Below are positions 7,552-13,969 of a stretch of 13,969 bases of DNA, piece after piece (within the stretch, counting starts at the first letter, position 1; each line of letters opens with the position of its first letter). The DNA comes from Gemmatimonadota bacterium (GTDB lineage: Bacteria > Gemmatimonadota > Gemmatimonadetes > Longimicrobiales > RSA9): NCBI GenBank assembly GCA_040905425.1, contig JBBDRO010000002.1, forward strand, positions 9,486 to 23,454, given 5' to 3'. A model generated the notes under the pieces. The model had not been told where the DNA came from. It ran no database searches and was given only the letters and a program-made list of their open reading frames with translations. Position numbers and translations under genes: made by a program.

Positions 7552-10235
7552 TTGGCCGGCTGCGCGCCATGCTGCGCCAACTCCGCACGCTCGTTCGCAA
7601 GGACGCGGTGGAGCGCGAGCAGCGGGCAGAGATGGCCTTCCACGTGGACATGCAGGCGGAGCAATACCTACGCGCGGGCATGGCCCCCGCGGAGGCGCGC
7701 CGTGCGGCGCACGTGGCCTTCGGCGGCGTGGAGCGCTTCAGGGAAGCACGGCGTCAGGCAAGCCGGGTGCGGCTGCTCGATGATCTGGTGGCGGACGTGC
7801 GCTACGGGATCCGCTCGCTCGCCCGGCGGCGCGGCTTCACCGCGGCCGTCACCCTCACGCTGGGACTCGGCATCGGCGGCACGGCGGCCATCTTCAGCGT
7901 GGTGGACGGCCTCTTTCTGCGGGCACCGGCGGGTACGCGGGACGCGGAGCGCCTACGGCGCGTCTACATCGAGCGCAACGAGGGCGTGGTCCGGACGGGT
8001 CCCGGCGGTGGCTCCGGCTCCTACCTGGACTACACAGCGCTCCGGGACAACCTGCGGGGCGCCGCGCACGTGGCCACGGACGTGGCGCCGCGCCTGGTGG
8101 ATCTGGGCCGCGGCGCCGAGGCCGAGCAGATCCGGGCGGGCATCGTGTCCGCCAACTACTTCGCCACCCTCGGCGTGCGACCCGCTGCCGGCCGCTTTTT
8201 CAGCGCCGAGGAGGACGGCGTGGAGGGCACGCACCCCGTGGTGGTGGTGAGCCACGCCTTCGCGGAGCGGCGGCTGGGCGGGGCGGCGGCCGCGCCCGGC
8301 GCCGCGCTACTGCTGAACGGCCGGAGCGTGACGGTGCTCGGCGTTACCGAGAAGGCCTTCACCGGTCTGCAAGCCACCCGCACGGAGGCGTGGGCCCCCA
8401 CGGCGCTCGCCGTGTCGCTCGGGCTCATGTTCGAGGGCTGGCGCGCGGAAGCCGAGATGATCGCCATTGACTACGTGGTGCGCCTGCGGGAGAGCGTGGA
8501 CGGCGCGGCGCTGGAGCGGGAGGCCACGGGCATCCTTACCAACCTGGCCGAGGCGCATCCCGGCATCGATCCCACACCGGTCGCGCACACGTCGGGAATC
8601 ACCCCCGCGGCGGGTCCGGGTCGCAGCCCCGCGGCCTTCCTCTCGCTCCTGCTGGCCGCGGTGGCCGGGCTGGTCCTGATCATCGCATGCGCCAACGTGG
8701 CCAATCTGTTGCTGGCGCGCGGCATGACGCGGCGCCGCGAGACGGCCGTCCGCCTCTCCCTGGGCGCCACGCGCGGGCGGGTGGCACGCCAGCACCTGGC
8801 GGAGAGCCTGGTGCTGGCGGCGCTGGGCGGTGCGGCGGGCGTGGCGCTGGCCTTTCTGGGGCTGACGCTGGCCCGCCAGTTCCCCCTGCCGGCCGGCGCC
8901 GGCCGCCTGGACGGCAGGGTGCTGGCGTTTACGGCCACGCTCTCGCTGGCCACGGGTCTGCTCTTCGGCCTGGCGCCGGCCCTCCGGGCGGGGCGCGTGG
9001 CTACGGTGCCCGCCCTCAAGGAGAGCCGGCTCCACCAGAGCGTGGCAGCCGGCAGGGCCCGGCGTGGCCTGGTGGCGTTGCAGGTGGCCCTCTGCGCCCT
9101 CCTGCTGGTGGGCGCGGGGCTCTTCATCCGCTCGCTTGGCCAGGTGGCCGCCGTGGATCCGGGGCTGGACTACGCGCATGTCACGCGCGTGTCCGTGGAC
9201 CTGGGCAAGGCGGGCTTCACCCCGCAGGAGCGCGAGGCCTTCTACGAGGCCGCGCGGGCGCGGCTCGATGCCCTGCCGGAGGTGGCCGCCACCGCCATGG
9301 TGCACTTCCATCCCTTCGCCAGTTCGGCCTACGGCATCGGCTGGCGCCTGGCCGGCGTGGAGGAGCCGGGCTTCAGGGAGGGGCCGTATCGCAACCTGGC
9401 CAGTCCCGGCTACTTCGCGGCCATCGGCGCCCGCATCACGGCGGGGCGCGATTTCACCGCCGCCGACCGTGCCGGTGAACCCACCGCCATCGTCAACGAG
9501 CGCATGGCCCGGGGGCTGGCGCCCGGTGGCAGCGCGCTGAACCTGTGCGTGGCGCTCGGCAGCCAGGTGAACGACGGCGGCTGCACGCGCATCGTGGGCG
9601 TGGTGGAGGACTACGCACACCGCTTCCTGGAGGCGGCAGACGTGCCGATGATCTTCCTCCCTCGGGAGCGCGACCCGACCGCAATCACGTGGGGCGGGCC
9701 GGCGCTGATCGTTCGCACCCGCGCTCCGGCCGCGGCAGCAGCGGCGGCCGTGCGGGCTGCCGTCCAGGGCATGCGGCCCGACCTGCCCTACGTGCTGGCC
9801 GAGCCGCTGACCGAGACGGTCCGTGCCAGCGTGCTGCCCTACCGCCTGGCCGCAACGCTCTTCAGCATCTTCGGGGCGCTGGCGCTCACACTGGCCGCGG
9901 TGGGGCTCTACGGCGTCCTCGGTTACTTCGTCGCGGAGCGCACGGCCGAGATTGGCATTCGCCGTTCCCTCGGCGCTCCCTCCGCACAGGTGGTGCGGCT
10001 GGTGGTGCGGCAGGGCATGGTGCCCGTGCTGGCCGGGCTGGCCGTGGGGCTGGCCGCGGCCTGGGGGGCCACCCGGGTGGTGGGCTCGCTCCTCTTCGGC
10101 GTGGACGCGCGCGATCCGCTCACCTTCGCCGGGGCGGCCAGCTTCCTGCTGGTCGTGGCGGCGCTGGCCGCACTGCTTCCCGCGCGTCGCGCGGCGGGCG
10201 TGGATCCGATGACCGCGCTCCGGACGGATGACTAG
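7548..10235 (+). CDS. ADOP-family duplicated ABC permease (895 aa)
   Basis: Complete N-terminal prefix (EMAFHVDM.AE.Y.R.GM.P.EARRAA...FGG.E), then DVRYGIRSL, LGLGIGGTAAIFS, VSANYF, LIIACANVANLLLARG, GLYGVLGY.V.ERTAEIGIR.SLGA and DPMTALR. No ATPase domain. Confidence 0.95.
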   Translation: MIGRLRAMLRQLRTLVRKDAVEREQRAEMAFHVDMQAEQYLRAGMAPAEARRAAHVAFGGVERFREARRQASRVRLLDDLVADVRYGIRSLARRRGFTAAVTLTLGLGIGGTAAIFSVVDGLFLRAPAGTRDAERLRRVYIERNEGVVRTGPGGGSGSYLDYTALRDNLRGAAHVATDVAPRLVDLGRGAEAEQIRAGIVSANYFATLGVRPAAGRFFSAEEDGVEGTHPVVVVSHAFAERRLGGAAAAPGAALLLNGRSVTVLGVTEKAFTGLQATRTEAWAPTALAVSLGLMFEGWRAEAEMIAIDYVVRLRESVDGAALEREATGILTNLAEAHPGIDPTPVAHTSGITPAAGPGRSPAAFLSLLLAAVAGLVLIIACANVANLLLARGMTRRRETAVRLSLGATRGRVARQHLAESLVLAALGGAAGVALAFLGLTLARQFPLPAGAGRLDGRVLAFTATLSLATGLLFGLAPALRAGRVATVPALKESRLHQSVAAGRARRGLVALQVALCALLLVGAGLFIRSLGQVAAVDPGLDYAHVTRVSVDLGKAGFTPQEREAFYEAARARLDALPEVAATAMVHFHPFASSAYGIGWRLAGVEEPGFREGPYRNLASPGYFAAIGARITAGRDFTAADRAGEPTAIVNERMARGLAPGGSALNLCVALGSQVNDGGCTRIVGVVEDYAHRFLEAADVPMIFLPRERDPTAITWGGPALIVRTRAPAAAAAAAVRAAVQGMRPDLPYVLAEPLTETVRASVLPYRLAATLFSIFGALALTLAAVGLYGVLGYFVAERTAEIGIRRSLGAPSAQVVRLVVRQGMVPVLAGLAVGLAAAWGATRVVGSLLFGVDARDPLTFAGAASFLLVVAALAALLPARRAAGVDPMTALRTDD

Positions 10236-10358
10236 GATCCCACCCAGTAGCTGGCCTTCAGCATTAGCGTGGTGTGGGGTCACGGCGCCGCGGTCCTGAG
10301 CCGCACGGTCTCCGTGAAGAGGGTGGTGTTTCTTGAGGTGCCTGAGGTTGGGCTCGGG

Positions 10359-10745
10359 CTAAAGCGGGTGGATGCCGAGGCCGATACCTCGGGCAGCGTC
10401 CAGCATGCGAGCATCGTAGGAGGCCACTGCCACTTGCTGTCCTTGCTCGGCAAGGAAGTGCGCGGAGGCCAGATGGAGGGCGTCGAGCGTGCGGATGCGC
10501 ATCGGCCACGGTTCGCGAGCGCGGCCGAGCACCTCGGGTATCAGCGCGATCATGCCCACGCGGGCGAGGAGCCCCTGCACCGCCTCCGCGTGAGAAGCCC
10601 CGAGTACACGCCCATGGATCCGGGTCCAGATCTCGTACTCCAGGAGACGACTTGACACAAGGACGTCATCCCAGAACGCATCCGGTGGCCGGCGATCTTC
10701 CACGAGCAGGCTGGCGAGAGCCACCGAGGTATCGAGGTAGATCAC
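10359..10745 (-). CDS. vapC: PIN-domain toxin, VapC family (128 aa)
   Basis: IYLDTS, LLEYE, RTLDALHLASA and SYDAR supply the acidic PIN residues. GTGA overlap with the upstream antitoxin at 10742-10745. Confidence 0.88.
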   Translation of the reverse strand: MIYLDTSVALASLLVEDRRPPDAFWDDVLVSSRLLEYEIWTRIHGRVLGASHAEAVQGLLARVGMIALIPEVLGRAREPWPMRIRTLDALHLASAHFLAEQGQQVAVASYDARMLDAARGIGLGIHPL

Positions 10746-11032
10746 CGGTCCGCGCGGTCCTCGTCCAGCTCCTGCATGATCTCGGCGAACGTGCCAACAG
10801 GAAGGTTGGGAGGTGGACCCTGACCCCGGATGAGGGGAGGCTGCACGAGCCCCGTGCGCACGAGCTCGCCCAGCCGGGCGTCGGCGGCCAAGGTGCCGGG
10901 CGGGCCATCGGGAGCCGACAGCACGGCCACGACGCGGTCGCGATCGGTGATGAGGACGCGCTCACCCCCGGCGGCGAGCTTCACATACTCGCTCAGCTTG
11001 TTCTTGAGAACTTTGATGCCGACAACGCGCAT
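10742..11032 (-). CDS. Phd/YefM-family antitoxin (96 aa)
   Basis: MRVVGIKVLKNKLSEYVKLAAGGERVLITDRDRVVAVL is a typical Phd/YefM N-terminus, with an acidic tail ELDEDRADR. ATG 11032 is preferred over the longer ORF-track start at 11110. Confidence 0.88.
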   Translation of the reverse strand: MRVVGIKVLKNKLSEYVKLAAGGERVLITDRDRVVAVLSAPDGPPGTLAADARLGELVRTGLVQPPLIRGQGPPPNLPVGTFAEIMQELDEDRADR

Positions 11033-11038
11033 GTCGCT

Positions 11039-11058
11039 AATATAGCTACCGGTAGCTA
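11039..11058 (-). promoter_or_regulatory. TA operator palindrome plus -10 element
   Basis: Perfect 16-bp palindrome TAGCTACCGGTAGCTA (11043-11058) overlaps TATATT (minus strand, 11044-11039), which lies 6 nt before the antitoxin ATG. Confidence 0.7.
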
Positions 11059-11118
11059 CATTTCGCCACCCCGGCGCCGGGTCCCAGGATCGGACAAGCG
11101 TGACGCGCATCTCAGCCG

Positions 11119-11140
11119 GCCCGCCCGCCCGCCCGCCCGC
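11119..11140 (-). repeat. (GGGC)5 tetranucleotide tandem repeat
   Basis: The + strand reads GCCC x5 plus GC, immediately downstream of the amidohydrolase stop codon. Confidence 0.85.
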
Positions 11141-12454
11141 TCACCCCCGCTCCGCCACCATGGCCTCCAGCGCCGCGCGCTCCAGCCAGCGCCCACCTAC
11201 CATCACGCCCGCCGGCCGCTTCAGCGTGCCCATGTCCTCCAGTGGGTTGGCCTCCACCAGCACCAGGTCGGCGGCCGCGCCGGGCACCACCACGCCCCAC
11301 TCCCCCTCCTGCCCCATGAAGCGGGCGGGCTCCCGTGTGGCGGCCCGCAGCACGTCGATGGGACGCAACCCCGCGCCCGTGAGCGCCTCGAACTCCAGAT
11401 GAATGGAGTAGCCCGGTATGAGCAGGGGGTTCGGCGTGTCGGTGCCCACCAGGAACGGAACGCCGGCCGCGTGCAGCGCCGCCACCAGCTCCCGCTGGAA
11501 GCCGTAGAAGGCGTTCCTGCGCACGCTGCGGGGATCATCGGGTGCGGCCGGGGGCGTGCCGTCGGGTGCCCGGAGCGTGCGCCACCAGGCCAGCGTCCCC
11601 TCATCCACAAAGCGGATCTCCGGCACCTCGAAGCGCGCGTTGTAGTCCGCGGTGCCCGACTGCGTGAGGATGCGCTGCGCGGCCAGGGTGGGCACGACCC
11701 ACACCCCGGACGCGGCTACGTCCGCCGTGATCTCGGGGATACGGTCGGGCGCCGGCTCGTGACCCACCGTGGCGTACATGATCTGCTCGCTGTGCTCGAT
11801 GGTCCGCTGCCCGGCCGCGAGCACGGCCGCCAGGCCCACGTCGCGGGGGATGTGGCCCACCAGCGGCAGGCCGGTGGCGGCGCCCGCCTCCACCAGCGCC
11901 CGATACGCCTGCGGACTCAGGGCGTCGTAGACCTTCAGGGCGTCATAGCCGGCCGCCGCGGACTCGCGCGCAATGCGCGCCGCGGCCGCCGCGTCCGATA
12001 CGAGCAGATGCCGCCACGGCTGCTCCGCCCCCGCCAGCAGGGCGGACGTCACGAACATGCGGGGCCCCACACGCTGGCCGGCACGAATGGAATCGCGCAG
12101 CGCCAGGTGGAAGGGCGCCCCGTTCAGCTCCCGGACCGTGGTGATGCCGTTGGCCAGGAACAGGGGCACGTCCACGCCTCCCATGTGCACGTGCATGTCG
12201 GCCAGGCCCGGCAGCAGGTAGCGGCCCCCACCCTCCACCAGCCGGGCGCCGTCCGGCACCACGAGGTCCGCCATGGCACCCACCCACGTGATGGTCCCGC
12301 CCGCCACGATCACGGCGTGCGCCGGCAGCGCCGCTTCCTCCTGCATGGTGAGCACGTTGACGTTGCGGAAGACCGTGACGCCGCCCGGATCCTGCGCCGC
12401 GGCACACGCGGTGCCGGTCATGAGGGCCAGGGCCAGGTGCGTGATCCACTTCAT
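11141..12454 (-). CDS. Exported metal-dependent amidohydrolase-family protein (437 aa)
   Basis: LLPGLADMHVH (HxH), NGITTVRE, ALKVY (Lys), VGHIP, TIEH, VGTD and G.VVPGAAADLVLVEANPL. N-terminal signal (AAA|Q, or lipoprotein Cys17). GAGGAGG RBS overlaps the end of the paaX-like gene. Confidence 0.92.
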   Translation of the reverse strand: MKWITHLALALMTGTACAAAQDPGGVTVFRNVNVLTMQEEAALPAHAVIVAGGTITWVGAMADLVVPDGARLVEGGGRYLLPGLADMHVHMGGVDVPLFLANGITTVRELNGAPFHLALRDSIRAGQRVGPRMFVTSALLAGAEQPWRHLLVSDAAAAARIARESAAAGYDALKVYDALSPQAYRALVEAGAATGLPLVGHIPRDVGLAAVLAAGQRTIEHSEQIMYATVGHEPAPDRIPEITADVAASGVWVVPTLAAQRILTQSGTADYNARFEVPEIRFVDEGTLAWWRTLRAPDGTPPAAPDDPRSVRRNAFYGFQRELVAALHAAGVPFLVGTDTPNPLLIPGYSIHLEFEALTGAGLRPIDVLRAATREPARFMGQEGEWGVVVPGAAADLVLVEANPLEDMGTLKRPAGVMVGGRWLERAALEAMVAERG

Positions 12455-12456
12455 GA

Positions 12457-13293
12457 CTACCTCCTCAGCGCCACAGGGCTGGCGTGCCCGATGTCCGCGA
12501 GCACACGATCCCCGAAGCGCAGCGCCCCGGGGAGAAATCGACGGTACAGTTCCTCCGCCCGCTCCCGTGCCGCCGTACCCGCCCAGTCGGGCGGCAGGAG
12601 GTCCGGAGGCAGGTCGGGATCATCCCACGCCACGCGCAGGAACCGCAGCACCACTTCAAAGCGACGTCGGAAGGCCTCCACCTCCGCGCACCTTCGGCCC
12701 GTCTCGCGCGCGATCCGGTCCAGCGCGCCGAGGGCGTCCCGATAGCGGCAGGTCAGGGCGGGAACGTCCCAGTGGCGGGCAATGAAGCGCGCGTCGGGCT
12801 CCTCACCCACGCGCCCGCCCCGGAGTGCGATGACGCGCTCGCGCACCGCCGGGTCGACCGCCGCCAGCACCCGTTCGCCGCGCGGTCGCGGGTGGATGTA
12901 GAGGCCCGGGCCCAGATTGGCGAAGCCCTCCACCTGGAGGAGCACCTGCAGGCGCTCGCGATGCATGCGCTCCGCCTTCTCGAAACGCGCGTGCAGGAGC
13001 GTCCACTGGCCGTCCCAGGGCGCCGGCGGGTCGAAGATCTTGCCCGTGCCCGCCGTGATCTCTCCCTGCGCGTAGCCCGTGACGCGGTAAAGCTTCTCGC
13101 GCCCCTCCCGACGACTCAGCAACTCGCCCGAGCGCTCCATGCGGTACAGCGTCTGGCGGACCGCCGGCTCGTCGCAGCCCACCTCCGCCAGCGCCGTGAC
13201 GAACCAGCGGCCGGGCAGTTCACCACCACGCACCGAGCCGAAGAAGCTGAAGCTCGAATACACGAAGTTGCTGACGGGGGCGTCGAGAAGCAT
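12457..13293 (-). CDS. PaaX-family transcriptional regulator (278 aa)
   Basis: Winged-helix region G.DEPAVRQTLYRM.RSG.L...REGR...Y, central WDGQW...RERL...L..EGF..LGPGLYIHP, and C-terminal DPDLPPDLLPPDWAG, all characteristic of the PaaX family. Confidence 0.88.
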   Translation of the reverse strand: MLLDAPVSNFVYSSFSFFGSVRGGELPGRWFVTALAEVGCDEPAVRQTLYRMERSGELLSRREGREKLYRVTGYAQGEITAGTGKIFDPPAPWDGQWTLLHARFEKAERMHRERLQVLLQVEGFANLGPGLYIHPRPRGERVLAAVDPAVRERVIALRGGRVGEEPDARFIARHWDVPALTCRYRDALGALDRIARETGRRCAEVEAFRRRFEVVLRFLRVAWDDPDLPPDLLPPDWAGTAARERAEELYRRFLPGALRFGDRVLADIGHASPVALRR

Positions 13294-13327
13294 GACAGAT
13301 AATTGTGGAGAGGGCTGTATGTGTCAA
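13293..13327 (-). promoter_or_regulatory. Candidate sigma70 promoter with spaced inverted-repeat operator for the paaX-like gene
   Basis: On the minus strand: TTGACA (13327-13322), 17 nt, AATTAT (13304-13299), 5 nt, ATG. Inverted repeat TGACAGATA (13293-13301) / TATGTGTCA (13318-13326), 8/9 match. Confidence 0.6.
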
Positions 13328-13462
13328 GTAATGGACCGAAGGCGTACCGACCTGCAACATGCTGACACTGTGGTAAGTTTGGCTTTGGGCATGGGCGATG
13401 CGGGCTGGCATGGCCCCATGGTAGTACGGGGGTGTGGCAGGCACTGGGCTACGTCTTGCGCT

Positions 13463-13876
13463 TCAGTCGCTCGTGAAGGGATCGAGGACCTGCGCGCCGG
13501 CCGCACGAAAGTCCGAGACATTGCGCGTCGCGATCGTCAGGTCGTGCACGAGCGCGGTTGCGGCGATCATGCTGTCCTTGATCGGCATCTGCCGTCCCGC
13601 TGCACGGAGCTCCCCCAGGATCTGCGCCCAGCGCAGCCCGGTTGCTGCATCCCAGCTCAGGCATTCCAGGCCATCCACGCCCTCATTGAACCAACGCTCC
13701 AAACCGGTCCGCCGCCGCCCCTTCGGCAGGATGAGAATACCAAAGCGAAGTTCGCCCAGGATGATGGGGTCGACCACGATGTCCTGCTCGTTTCTCCGCA
13801 GCCACTCCACGACGCGCGTGTCCGGCGCCGGTTTCGTTGGCTCGCTCAGGATATTCGCATCGACCAGATATGTCAC
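13463..13876 (-). CDS. vapC: PIN-domain toxin, VapC/FitB-like (137 aa)
   Basis: YLVDANILSE..KP.PD..V..WL, LGELRFGI..LP.GRRR, DSMIAATAL.H.L.IATRN.SDF. Confidence 0.92.
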   Translation of the reverse strand: MTYLVDANILSEPTKPAPDTRVVEWLRRNEQDIVVDPIILGELRFGILILPKGRRRTGLERWFNEGVDGLECLSWDAATGLRWAQILGELRAAGRQMPIKDSMIAATALVHDLTIATRNVSDFRAAGAQVLDPFTSD

Positions 13877-13968
13877 AGTGTGTCGGTCGACTCGGATTCG
13901 ATCGGCACGAAGTAGCCCTTCCGCGGACAGGACATCAGCCAGTCCACTACGCCAGCGCGTGTTCGGCC
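13873..13968 (-). CDS. C-terminal fragment of probable antitoxin (truncated by window edge)
   Basis: Open frame from the window edge, GRTRAGVVDWLMSCPRKGYFVPIESESTDTL*. Its stop forms a GTGA overlap with the vapC start. The family cannot be fixed without the N-terminus (possibly AbrB/MazE-type). Confidence 0.7.
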   Translation of the reverse strand, partial: GRTRAGVVDWLMSCPRKGYFVPIESESTDTL

Positions 13969-13969
13969 G

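Noticed and set aside
8307..10283. 658-aa minus-strand ORF
   Set aside because: Antisense shadow of the ADOP permease. It has no recognisable motifs, and such ORFs are expected at this GC content.
10236..10358. Spacer between the permease and vapC as a possible IS end or att site
   Set aside because: I could not find terminal inverted repeats, a target duplication or a matching copy near the second TA module.
10652..12745. 697-aa plus-strand ORF
   Set aside because: Lies antisense to the antitoxin, amidohydrolase and paaX-like genes. Arg/Gly/His-rich shadow composition with no motifs.
13139..13915. 258-aa plus-strand ORF
   Set aside because: Overlaps paaX-like and vapC antisense and has no recognisable domain.

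Overview
GC-rich bacterial window. The gene families suggest Gemmatimonadota or Acidobacteriota, but this is inference. From left to right it holds: a 5'-truncated ADOP-type duplicated ABC permease (+); a translationally coupled tandem pair of membrane-anchored TolB-like/TPR paralogues (-); a ~560 bp unexplained intergenic region; an exported DinB-family protein (+); a PadR-ADOP permease operon (+) with a twin-box operator; a Phd/YefM-VapC toxin-antitoxin pair (-); a PaaX-family regulator coupled to an exported amidohydrolase (-); and a second PIN/VapC toxin with a truncated upstream partner (-). I found no rRNA, tRNA, CRISPR array or transposase. The most notable signals are the paralogous TPR pair with synonymous recoding at their junction, the ATPase-less ADOP neighbourhood, three candidate autoregulatory operators, and the PaaX-amidohydrolase cassette bracketed by TA modules.
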